This document shows, one piece after another, positions 30,297-39,143 of a DNA stretch of 50,316 bases. The position numbers and the translations under genes are program-made. The DNA is from an uncultured Bacteroidales bacterium (GTDB lineage Bacteria > Bacteroidota > Bacteroidia > Bacteroidales > UBA10428): the NCBI GenBank assembly GCA_965602045.1, contig CBFCXR010000001.1:1-50316 (forward strand), given 5' to 3'. Below the pieces are notes generated by a model that saw nothing but the letters and a program-made list of their open reading frames with translations, ran no database searches and had not been told where the DNA came from. The first letter of the stretch is position 1; every line of letters begins with the position of its first letter.

Positions 30297-30439
30297 AATT
30301 CTACAGGGATGAAATATTTCTGGTTAAAGAATGTAATGGCCATATAGTCAATGGCATAAGGTATGTGTTTATGAGGAAAAAAATAGTTTGGCACGGTATT
30401 TGAATTTGGTAATACAGATGATCTTAAAATTTAGAAATC

Positions 30440-31162
30440 ATGAAAAAATTTATACTAATAATTGCTATAATACCAATTCTTTTCGCAAGTTGTGAGAAGG
30501 AGCCGTATGCAGATTTTTTTGCATCAAAAACAGTGATAGACGTAAATGAAATTGTATATTTTACTAATACTTCATATAACGCTGATTATTTTGAATGGGA
30601 TTTTGGCGACGGCACATTATCATTTGTAGATAATCCAAGTCATCATTTTGCCAGCGATGGAATATACACAGTATCACTTTCAGCTTTTAACGGTACAAGG
30701 TTAATTGACAGAGCTTATATTACATTAGAAGTACTATATCCAACAACTCTTGAGATTACAGTTCTGGAATATTTTGATGAATATCCTGTAGCAGATGCAA
30801 GTGTAATATTGTACCCCAGCCTTATCGACTGGGAATACGAGTCAAATTATATCTCTGAAGGATTTACTGATGGAAATGGTGTGGTAACATTTACGGGATT
30901 AGACCCTCTGTCGTACTGGCTTGATGTCTGGCATGAAAATCATAATAATTATTTGCTGGCCGAAGAAGATGAGAAGTGGATAAGAACATTACCTCTGTTA
31001 AGGAACAGAATAAATACCTTTATTGCATATGTTGATTATTTTGAAAGTAAAAGCAAAAGTACAGGGAAAAAACGGGACAGAAATTTGAGTAACTATAAAA
31101 TAATTAAACTGGAAAGGACGTTTAAAGATAAACCTTTACAAAATACAACGACGTTTAAGTAG
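30440..31162 (+). CDS. PKD-domain lipoprotein with a carboxypeptidase-regulatory-like beta-sandwich
   Basis: 240 aa, lipobox LFASC, PKD motif YFEWDFGDGT...HHFASDGIYTVSL, then VADASVILY...TDGNGVVTFTGL. Confidence 0.75.
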   Translation: MKKFILIIAIIPILFASCEKEPYADFFASKTVIDVNEIVYFTNTSYNADYFEWDFGDGTLSFVDNPSHHFASDGIYTVSLSAFNGTRLIDRAYITLEVLYPTTLEITVLEYFDEYPVADASVILYPSLIDWEYESNYISEGFTDGNGVVTFTGLDPLSYWLDVWHENHNNYLLAEEDEKWIRTLPLLRNRINTFIAYVDYFESKSKSTGKKRDRNLSNYKIIKLERTFKDKPLQNTTTFK

Positions 31163-31192
31163 TGGGTTTGTAGTGATTATTTAGTGCGTCGG

Positions 31193-31221
31193 AAGGCCGG
31201 TCAGATTAATCTACCGGCCTT
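31193..31221 (+). terminator. Rho-independent terminator after the PKD lipoprotein gene
   Basis: aaggccggt-cagattaatct-accggcctt, a 9-bp GC-rich stem followed by tatttat. Confidence 0.7.
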
Positions 31222-31305
31222 TATTTATGTATATTATATAAATTATATGTAGCCTGAAGCACCCGAATAAGCAATTTTTTTTTAATTGATAGTTTATAAA
31301 ATTTA

Positions 31306-31313
31306 TATATTTG
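31306..31313 (+). promoter_or_regulatory. Candidate -7 box TATATTTG upstream of the tRNA-Leu pair
   Basis: Exact TAnnTTTG, but about 100 nt upstream of the first mature tRNA 5' end, so the assignment is tentative. Confidence 0.25.
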
Positions 31314-31414
31314 CATTCCACTTTTTTCAGGATTATATAATACGCTGAATATTGAGTATATTAGTATAGGATTTTAAATATATTACTTTGATGGCCTGGT
31401 CCGGGGTGATAAAT

Positions 31415-31498
31415 GCCGAAGTGGCGAAATTGGTAGACGCGCATGTTTCAGGGACATGTGTCTGCAAAGGCATGAGGGTTCGAGTCCCTCCTTCGGCA
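31415..31498 (+). tRNA. tRNA-Leu (anticodon CAG), class II with long variable arm, no encoded CCA
   Basis: Acceptor gccgaag/cttcggc; anticodon stem catgt/acatg with loop ttCAGgg; T-arm gaggg-ttcgagt-ccctc. Confidence 0.92.
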
Positions 31499-31502
31499 CA
31501 AA

Positions 31503-31593
31503 TACTGTTCAGGGTTCTGAGTTGAGTATACAGTGTTCAGTGTATTGAGTACAGTGTCCGGAGTTCAGAACGCAGAATCCAAAATACTGAACA
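31503..31593. repeat. 13 in-phase heptads (consensus CAGWGTW) filling the spacer between the two tRNA-Leu genes
   Basis: tactgtt cagggtt ctgagtt gagtata cagtgtt cagtgta ttgagta cagtgtc cggagtt cagaacg cagaatc caaaata ctgaaca. The terminal 7-mers tgttcag/ctgaaca are complementary. Confidence 0.8.
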
Positions 31594-31599
31594 TTATTT

Positions 31600-31684
31600 G
31601 CCCAGGTGGCGGAAATGGTAGACGCGCATGGTTGAGGGCCATGTGTCCCAACAGGACGTGCAGGTTCAATTCCTGTCCTGGGCA
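31600..31684 (+). tRNA. tRNA-Leu (anticodon GAG), class II, no encoded CCA
   Basis: Acceptor gcccagg/cctgggc; anticodon stem catgg/ccatg with loop ttGAGgg; variable stem gtcc/ggac; T-arm gcagg-ttcaatt-cctgt. Confidence 0.92.
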
Positions 31685-31777
31685 CTAAATCTTCAATGAA
31701 TTCCTCAAACTTATATATCCCTGGTAAACCTGGAATTGGATATTAACAATCACTGATTTTTAAGTCTGGAACAAGTT

Positions 31778-34072
31778 TTATTTGTATAATTGTTTTTTCA
31801 TAATATCATAAAGGACATCCTTATTAATGGGTTTTGATATGTAGTCATCACATCCTGCTTCAAAGCATTTTATTTTATCCTCATTATAAGCACAGGCTGT
31901 TTGTGCTATAACCGGCAAGTCTTTTCTGAATTCTTTAACTTTTCTGGTCGCTTTATAGCCGTCCATTCCGGGCAACTTAATATCCATTAAGACAAGATCA
32001 ATTTTGGAATTGTCTCTTACAAATTGAATAGCTTCTTTTGCATCCTTTGCAAACAGACAATTAAGTTTTGCATCTTTAAAAAGTTCTTTAAAATACAAGA
32101 CATTTAAATCCTCATCCTCAACTACCAGGATAGTTTTATTATTAAATTTTTTTGTGGTTTCTTTATAAGTATCATCAATTAATAATGTTTCTTCGTTAAC
32201 AGCGTGAGAAATTGTAAAGTAAAATGAACTTCCAATACCCGGGGTAGAGTTTATCCATACCTTCCCACCCAGTAACTCGACCAAACCTTTTACAATGCAT
32301 AAACCAAGTCCCGAACCACCGTATGTCTTTGACATTGATTCATCAACCTGCCTGAAACGTTGAAATATAATTTTTTGAAATTCTCTTGAGATACCAATAC
32401 CTGTATCTTTGACTTTGAATTGGATAGTATGATTATCTTTAACCGTATAACCGAATTCGATATACCCGGTGTCTGTAAATTTAAATGCATTGTTCAGAAG
32501 GTTTGTCAGTATCTGCCGCAGCCTGTGTTTATCAGAATAAATATAACATTGATCTGTATATTTGTGTTTAAGACGAAAATCAATACCGGGTTTATTATTT
32601 TTATTTTTATATAGTTCAAATTCATAATATACTTCATTCATTAATTTACTTATATTAAACGTATATTTATCAATTTTAAGCTGCTGAGCTTCAATTCTTG
32701 ACAGATCCAAAATATCATTTATTATACGTAATAGTTGGCTGGTGCTATCTTTAATAATTTCAGAATAATATCTTTTTTCTTCCTTTGAAAGCTCTTCACT
32801 ATTTAACATTTCGGTAAAGCCAATAATTCCATTCATAGGAGTACGAATCTCATGTGACATATTTGCTAAAAATGCAGATTTCAAACGATCAGATTCTTCA
32901 GCTTTCTCTTTAGAATTAATTAATTCATTTTCAGCTTTTTTTTGTTTTGTGATATCACGTGCTACTTCTCCCAGTCCAATTATATCTCCCACGTTATTCA
33001 GCACCGGGAATCCCTTAACTTCCCATATTTTATTGTCAGGTGTTGTAATAATATTAAAATGAACCTTCTTGGATTCCAGGGCTTTTAATACCGGGCATTC
33101 TTCGCAAGGCTCTTTATTATTTAATAGTACTTCATAACAATATTTATTCTCGAATTCAATGGGATCAATATTAAGATATTTGCTTACAGCATTATTCGCC
33201 CATTTTATTTTTAAATTTTCATCATAAAACAAAAACAATTCAGATGTTGAATCTAATATCATTGATTTTTCCTTTTCTACTTTTTCCAACGCTTTTTTTG
33301 TTTCAATTATATCTGTAACATCATGAATAGCTAAAATTATTTTGTCATAATTTTTTATTTCGGTATTTAGTAACTCGCCAACACAATGTATGGTTTTTAA
33401 CCTTTTATCGGGGCAGTTAAATTTGAGTATTAAGTCAAAATTTTCTTTTGTTGATGTTAACTCATTAATTGCATTTTCAAATACTTTCCTTTCCGATCGC
33501 TCTACTAAATGGATAATATTTTTTAATGAAGTTTTGAATTTTTCAGGTTGTAATCCAAAAATTTTATAAAATTCCGGGGAACATTTGCAAATCCCGTTTT
33601 TAATATCAATTTCACAACTGCCTAAATGTGTTATTTCCTGTGTTTTCCTTAAATTATTTTCACTTGTTTTTAATAATTTCTCGGCCCGTTTATGTTTTTT
33701 CCGTATTTCCGCATCTTTTATTTCTCTCTCAATAGCAGCACTTAACCGGTGCAGATTATCTTTAAGTATATAGTCGGTTAATCCATTTTTCATGGCTTCA
33801 ACCGCATTTTCTTCACCAATTGTGCCTGACACGAAAATAACCGGCAAATAATCATTTAAATTTTTAACTATTTCCAGGGCTTCCAGTCCTGAAAAGCCGG
33901 GAACCTTATAATCAGCTAAAACGATATCGGGTTGAAATGAATTAAGCATTTCAATAAATTCATTCCTGTCATCCGTTGCTTTATAAGAAAAAATTAATTT
34001 ATCTTTTTTTAATTGATTTAGTGTCAATTTTATATCGTATTGATTGTCCTCCAGTATTAATATTTTTTTCAT
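31778..34072 (-). CDS. Hybrid sensor histidine kinase/response regulator (REC-PAS-PAS-HisKA-HATPase-REC)
   Basis: 764 aa; N-terminal receiver (VLADYKVPGFSG), H-box SHEIRTPMNGI, N-box LLNNAFKFT, G-boxes DTGIGI and GGSGLGL, C-terminal receiver (VLMDIKLPGMDG). Confidence 0.92.
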   Translation of the reverse strand: MKKILILEDNQYDIKLTLNQLKKDKLIFSYKATDDRNEFIEMLNSFQPDIVLADYKVPGFSGLEALEIVKNLNDYLPVIFVSGTIGEENAVEAMKNGLTDYILKDNLHRLSAAIEREIKDAEIRKKHKRAEKLLKTSENNLRKTQEITHLGSCEIDIKNGICKCSPEFYKIFGLQPEKFKTSLKNIIHLVERSERKVFENAINELTSTKENFDLILKFNCPDKRLKTIHCVGELLNTEIKNYDKIILAIHDVTDIIETKKALEKVEKEKSMILDSTSELFLFYDENLKIKWANNAVSKYLNIDPIEFENKYCYEVLLNNKEPCEECPVLKALESKKVHFNIITTPDNKIWEVKGFPVLNNVGDIIGLGEVARDITKQKKAENELINSKEKAEESDRLKSAFLANMSHEIRTPMNGIIGFTEMLNSEELSKEEKRYYSEIIKDSTSQLLRIINDILDLSRIEAQQLKIDKYTFNISKLMNEVYYEFELYKNKNNKPGIDFRLKHKYTDQCYIYSDKHRLRQILTNLLNNAFKFTDTGYIEFGYTVKDNHTIQFKVKDTGIGISREFQKIIFQRFRQVDESMSKTYGGSGLGLCIVKGLVELLGGKVWINSTPGIGSSFYFTISHAVNEETLLIDDTYKETTKKFNNKTILVVEDEDLNVLYFKELFKDAKLNCLFAKDAKEAIQFVRDNSKIDLVLMDIKLPGMDGYKATRKVKEFRKDLPVIAQTACAYNEDKIKCFEAGCDDYISKPINKDVLYDIMKKQLYK

Positions 34073-34560
34073 AGTCTTATATCAGTTTACAGGAGTTTTT
34101 AGCGAATTAAGAAAACCTTGAGGTAGATCAAAAATTTCTTAATGTCTTATCTCAATACTGTAACATTAAGTTAAGAAAAAAAAAAGAAAAAAGTTTAGGG
34201 GGGCAGATGATATATATCACCAATAAAGTTATTGGAGAGTGAGGTTTACATAAGATAGCTCTGATTAAGAACGTAACTTTGCAGATTAGGGGATTGTCCT
34301 TATAAAAAAAGTTTCATTTCTGACCGGATGGGATAAATTTTGCTAAACAAAGTACATTAGAAATTAGATAAATAAGATTTCTCGTTTCACTCGGAAATAA
34401 CAAATAAGAGGTCTTTTTGGTCAGTTTCGGAATTAGATAATTTAAATCCTCTCTGAACTGTTTTTTAGTTCAGCCACTAATATTGGACGCTATTTACAAC
34501 TTTCGGTTTGCTTCCCCCGGATAAAACGTGTTTTACTTTCAGGATGAGCCGGTTTTAATT

Positions 34561-34821
34561 CTAAAACATTTTGTCAAACTCTTCTACTTCAACAGCCGGT
34601 GATGTTGTAAATGCTATTCCTGTTAACCTGGTTAAGGCAACAGAAGCTTTCAATACATCTTCTATACCCGGGAAGCTTACAATAAGCACCAAATCCTGTT
34701 CTGAAAGCAATGCATACATTGATTTGACTTCGCCACCAAAATTTTTAATATTTTTATTCAAAATATAGAACGTATATTTATTTTTGGACTTGTATACTAT
34801 TCGGTTTAATACTAATATCAA
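34561..34821 (-). CDS. GYD-domain protein, probably 5'-truncated or degenerate
   Basis: The C-terminal 58 aa (GGEVKSMYALLSEQDLVLIVSFPGIEDVLKASVALTRLTGIAFTTSPAVEVEEFDKMF) resemble GYD-family proteins. The N-terminal part is too short and unlike the family, the ORF opens with TTG, and it abuts the divergent aat ATG (shared nt 34821). Confidence 0.4.
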   Translation of the reverse strand: MILVLNRIVYKSKNKYTFYILNKNIKNFGGEVKSMYALLSEQDLVLIVSFPGIEDVLKASVALTRLTGIAFTTSPAVEVEEFDKMF

Positions 34822-35513
34822 TGTTGACTAAGTATTCTGCTTCAAATACTATTATATTTCCTGATCCTGAGAAGGCTGATCATGATGGCTTGCTTGCAGT
34901 TGGTGGCGATTTATCAGTTAATACTTTAATTAATGCATATTCTCATGGAATTTTTCCCTGGTATAGCGAAGGATCACCAATTTTATGGTGGTGCCCGGAT
35001 CCCCGACTAGTGTTATTTCCTGAGAAACTGAAAACTTCGAAATCACTAAGGCAAATTATAAACCAAAAAAAGTATTCTGTAAAAATTGATACATGTTTCA
35101 GGGAAGTTATTGAAAATTGTGCATCAATGAATAGAAAGAACCAGGAGGGAACATGGATTACCGACGAAATGAAAGAATCCTATATATTATTGCATAATGA
35201 AGGATATGCACATTCGGTTGAAACATTTTATAATGATAAACTTATAGGTGGTTTGTACGGTGTATCCTTAGGTAAGGTATTTTTTGGCGAATCAATGTTT
35301 TTTAAAATGACTGATGCATCAAAGGTAGCTTTGTATTATTTAGTGGAACGGCTTAAAATCCTGAAATTTCATTTTATAGATGCACAACAATCGACACAAC
35401 ACATGAAAACCATGGGGGCAGAAGAAATTTCCAGAAAGAAGTTTATAAAAATGTTAACAGTTGCGCTAAAGGTATCAGCAAAAGATAAAAATGGCATTAG
35501 TTTTGAAAACTAG
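34821..35513 (+). CDS. aat: Leucyl/phenylalanyl-tRNA--protein transferase
   Basis: 230 aa; GLLAVGGDLSVNTLINAYSHGIFPWY, WWCPDPR and GESMF motifs. Confidence 0.92.
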   Translation: MLTKYSASNTIIFPDPEKADHDGLLAVGGDLSVNTLINAYSHGIFPWYSEGSPILWWCPDPRLVLFPEKLKTSKSLRQIINQKKYSVKIDTCFREVIENCASMNRKNQEGTWITDEMKESYILLHNEGYAHSVETFYNDKLIGGLYGVSLGKVFFGESMFFKMTDASKVALYYLVERLKILKFHFIDAQQSTQHMKTMGAEEISRKKFIKMLTVALKVSAKDKNGISFEN

Positions 35514-35965
35514 TAGCCGATAACCCATAGTATCCTTTCTTCATCTGCACATTTCTCAGTAAATTCAATAAGTTCTTTATTTATCTGTTTCAACTTTGCG
35601 AGGTAAGTTTCCCATTTTTCAACCCAGTTTTTATCAATATTAGTGAGTTCCTCAACGAATCCCCTGCCAAAGAGTTTCTGAGAAATTAAAGTTTTAAACT
35701 TATCTTTTGATTTAATCCTGTCAAATTCTTTAAGATTTTTCAGTAATTCATTTCTTAGGGGAATGATTTTTCGTGAGTTATATTTTGTTGAGCTAAAATA
35801 ATCATAAAGCTTATTGGCATTTTCAAAACAAGCAGTAAACAAATTGAAAACCGCGCTGTCAAGATATATGGATTCTGAATCACAACGCTTATAATTATTA
35901 TTGTCACCAGTTATATTAAGCTCAACAAAGTTGAGATCATCAGCATCATAAATTTCTAATTTCAT
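35510..35965 (-). CDS. Hypothetical cytoplasmic protein
   Basis: 151 aa, helical, no recognised motif. Convergent 4-nt overlap (CTAG) with aat. Confidence 0.5.
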   Translation of the reverse strand: MKLEIYDADDLNFVELNITGDNNNYKRCDSESIYLDSAVFNLFTACFENANKLYDYFSSTKYNSRKIIPLRNELLKNLKEFDRIKSKDKFKTLISQKLFGRGFVEELTNIDKNWVEKWETYLAKLKQINKELIEFTEKCADEERILWVIGY

Positions 35966-36126
35966 TTTAGTATCTAATTTTTTTCTAATTTAATATAAAT
36001 AAATATATTAATTCTTAATCAATTTCCAAAATTATAAGTTAAGGCTTATAAATTATATTATTTTTATTATTATTTGCATAATCATTCTGCTTAATTTGTA
36101 AACTATAATTTAAAATCGGATATGAA

Positions 36127-37551
36127 ATGACTAATTTGAAAGAGTTTAAAAAACAAGCATATAAATTTATTGATTGGATAGTTGAATATTATGAAGATAT
36201 TGAAAAATATTCTGTAAAACCTGATGTTGAACCTGACCAGATATATAAAAAACTACCGGCTAAACCACCTGAAAATGGAGAACCTATTGATACTATATTT
36301 GAAGACTTCAATAAGATAATATTGCCGGGATTAACACACTGGCAAAGTCCTAATTTTTTTGCCTATTTCCCGGCAAATTCCAGTTTGCCTTCTTTTCTGG
36401 CTGAGATAATAACTGCCGCACTTGGTGCTCAATGTATGAAGTGGGAAACTTCACCGGCTGCAACCGAATTGGAAGAGTTAGTTATGGACTGGTTAAAAAA
36501 AATGCTGAAACTGCCTGACTATTTTCATGGTGTAATACAGGATACTGCATCAACATCAACTCTTTGTGCATTATTGACTGCCAGAGAAAAGCTATCCGGT
36601 TTTAAAATTAATGACCTTGGATTTGAATTATCAGATGCTTATAGAGTATATTGTTCGGAGGAGGCTCATTCATCGGTTGAAAAAGCGATTAAAATATGCG
36701 GCATAGGCAGCAGGAATCTAATTAAAATTGAGACTGATGAACTTTTTAGCCTTAAACCGGATGTATTAAAGAAAAGGATCGAAAAAGATATAACAGCAGG
36801 GAAAAAACCTTTGTGTGTTGTGGCAACTTTCGGTACAACAAGCTCAACAGCAATAGATCCCATTGAAGAAATTGGTAATATATGCAGGAAATATAAGTTA
36901 TGGCTTCATGTTGATGCTGCATATGCAGGCTCTGCATTAATTCTGCCCAAATATAGAAGAATGGTTAAAGATTTAAGGCAAGTTGATAGTTTTGTTGTGA
37001 ATCCTCATAAATGGCTTTTCACAAATTTTGATTGTTCAGCATATTATGTCAGAGATAAAGAATCATTGATCCGGACTTTTCAAATAGTTCCGGAATATTT
37101 AAAAACACCTAATCAGGGAAGAGTTAATGATTATTGCGATTGGGGTATTCAGCTGGGAAGAAGGTTCAGAGCACTAAAACTGTGGTTTGTAATAAGAAAT
37201 TTCGGATTAAAAGGTTTACAGGATAAATTAAAAAAACATATTTCATTGGCCGGCTATTTTAAGGAATTGATAATAAACGATAAGGATTTTGAACTGGTTG
37301 TACCGGTTAATTTTAATCTTGTTTGCTTCCGGTTTAAGCCGCAAAACATTTTATGTCATGAAACCCTGAATAAGATTAATGAACATTTATTGGAGACTAT
37401 TAACAACACAGGTAATATTTATCTGACTCATACCAGGTTAAAAGGGATTTATACCCTGAGAATGGCTATAGGACAGACAAACGTTGAGAAAAGACATGTT
37501 GATGGCGCCTGGAAATTAATTAAGGAAAAAGCGTATAGCCTTAAAATTTAA
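36127..37551 (+). CDS. Pyridoxal-dependent (group II) aromatic-L-amino-acid decarboxylase-like enzyme
   Basis: 474 aa; HWQSPNFFAYFPANSSLPSFLAEIITAALG and SPAATELEELVMDWLKKML closely resemble animal/plant DDC/TyDC as I recall them. PLP-lysine motif NPHKWL. Confidence 0.88.
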   Translation: MTNLKEFKKQAYKFIDWIVEYYEDIEKYSVKPDVEPDQIYKKLPAKPPENGEPIDTIFEDFNKIILPGLTHWQSPNFFAYFPANSSLPSFLAEIITAALGAQCMKWETSPAATELEELVMDWLKKMLKLPDYFHGVIQDTASTSTLCALLTAREKLSGFKINDLGFELSDAYRVYCSEEAHSSVEKAIKICGIGSRNLIKIETDELFSLKPDVLKKRIEKDITAGKKPLCVVATFGTTSSTAIDPIEEIGNICRKYKLWLHVDAAYAGSALILPKYRRMVKDLRQVDSFVVNPHKWLFTNFDCSAYYVRDKESLIRTFQIVPEYLKTPNQGRVNDYCDWGIQLGRRFRALKLWFVIRNFGLKGLQDKLKKHISLAGYFKELIINDKDFELVVPVNFNLVCFRFKPQNILCHETLNKINEHLLETINNTGNIYLTHTRLKGIYTLRMAIGQTNVEKRHVDGAWKLIKEKAYSLKI

Positions 37552-37587
37552 TAATTAGTACTTTACCCTTATAAATTAACAGAAAAA

Positions 37588-39021
37588 TTGAAAAGCAAAA
37601 TCATATCATCAGTAACTGAACTTTTTAAAGACTGGTTAGGGGAATCTCCCGTAAGTATTATAAAATTGCCTGAAACAACTTCGGGTAGAAAATATTACAG
37701 GCTTCAGGCAGGTGATATTTCGGCAATCGCCGTATTTAACAATAACAAGAGGGAGAATAATGCATTTATTTACCTCTCTAACCATCTTCGGAAGCATAGT
37801 GTTAATGTCCCGCTCATTTATAAAGTTAATGATAAGAATAATGTCTATTTGATAGAAGATTTGGGAGACATGACTCTTAATAAATACCTGGGAGAAAATA
37901 AAGACAAAGATTTATTTACTAAGATAGCCGGGGTCATATATAAAAGGATTATCGACGAAATGCCTGCGATACAGGTCAGTGCATCCCGTGATTTGGACTT
38001 TAGTATTTGCTATCCCAGACCTGAATTTGATTATCAAAGTATAATGTGGGATCTGAATTATTTTAAGTATTACTTTCTGAAACTGGCAGGAATAAATTTT
38101 GATGAACAATATCTGGAAAAAGATTTCCAGGCATTTACTGATTATTTGCTGGAGGCTGATCGTAATTATTTTTTGTACAGAGACTTTCAGTCAAGGAATA
38201 TTATGCTCAAAAACGATAAAATTTATTTTATCGATTATCAGGGTGGCAGGAGAGGAGCTTTACAATATGATCTGGCTTCATTACTGTTTGAGGCAAAAAC
38301 GCATTTATCATATGAGCTTCGAGAAGAATTGCTGGATTATTATATCACTGTTAACTCAAAAAGAAAAAATTTTAACTCAAAGGAATTTATCAGATATTAC
38401 CCCGGATACATTTTCATTCGGATGATTCAGGCGATGGGCGCGTATGGATTCAGAGGTTATTTTGAACGTAAAACTTTTTATTTGAATAGTATACCCTATG
38501 CTGTTAGAAATTTGAACTGGCTTTTATCAAATTATGATCTCACGGTTAAGATGCCGGAATTATCCGGTTGTTTGCAGAAGATAACTAATTCAGAATTACT
38601 TAAGGAATATGAGCAACATCAGGCAGAATTTGTCATTTCTATTAATAGTTTCTCTTATAAATCCGGCATGCCTCAGGACAACTCGGAAAATGGGGGAGGA
38701 TTTGTATTTGATTGCAGGGCAATGCCTAATCCTGGCCGATATGCCCAGTATAGCCAATTAACAGGGAAAGATAAATCAGTAGTTGACTTCCTGGAACAAG
38801 AGCAAGAAGTCAGAAAATTTCTCGATAATGCATATTCAATTGTTAAGGCATCAATTATAAATTATCAGGCCAGGAATTTTACAAATCTCATGATAAATTT
38901 CGGCTGCACAGGTGGCCGGCACAGATCAGTCTATTTCTCCGAACAACTAGCTAATCGGATAAGACATGACTTTAATATTAAAATTAAATTACGGCACAGA
39001 GCTTTGGAAAATATGTCTTAA
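37588..39021 (+). CDS. Fusion protein: AmgK-like (APH-fold) anomeric sugar kinase domain plus RapZ C-terminal-like domain
   Basis: 477 aa, TTG start. Kinase motifs YRDFQSRNIM (D199, N204) and FIDYQGG (D216). Residues from about 347 to 477 read SFSYKSGMPQD...FVFDCRAMPNPGRY...FGCTGGRHRSVYFSEQLA, matching the RapZ C-domain pattern but without RapZ's N-terminal P-loop domain. Confidence 0.75.
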   Translation: MKSKIISSVTELFKDWLGESPVSIIKLPETTSGRKYYRLQAGDISAIAVFNNNKRENNAFIYLSNHLRKHSVNVPLIYKVNDKNNVYLIEDLGDMTLNKYLGENKDKDLFTKIAGVIYKRIIDEMPAIQVSASRDLDFSICYPRPEFDYQSIMWDLNYFKYYFLKLAGINFDEQYLEKDFQAFTDYLLEADRNYFLYRDFQSRNIMLKNDKIYFIDYQGGRRGALQYDLASLLFEAKTHLSYELREELLDYYITVNSKRKNFNSKEFIRYYPGYIFIRMIQAMGAYGFRGYFERKTFYLNSIPYAVRNLNWLLSNYDLTVKMPELSGCLQKITNSELLKEYEQHQAEFVISINSFSYKSGMPQDNSENGGGFVFDCRAMPNPGRYAQYSQLTGKDKSVVDFLEQEQEVRKFLDNAYSIVKASIINYQARNFTNLMINFGCTGGRHRSVYFSEQLANRIRHDFNIKIKLRHRALENMS

Positions 39022-39143
39022 TTTAACGATTGAATAAAATTTAGAAATTTTAACAAAACAAAATAAATAGTTAAGGGTTATTGTATTATAGATGAATAGC
39101 ATTACAGGGTAATATTTTTTTGAACTAAAACCGGAATCATTTT

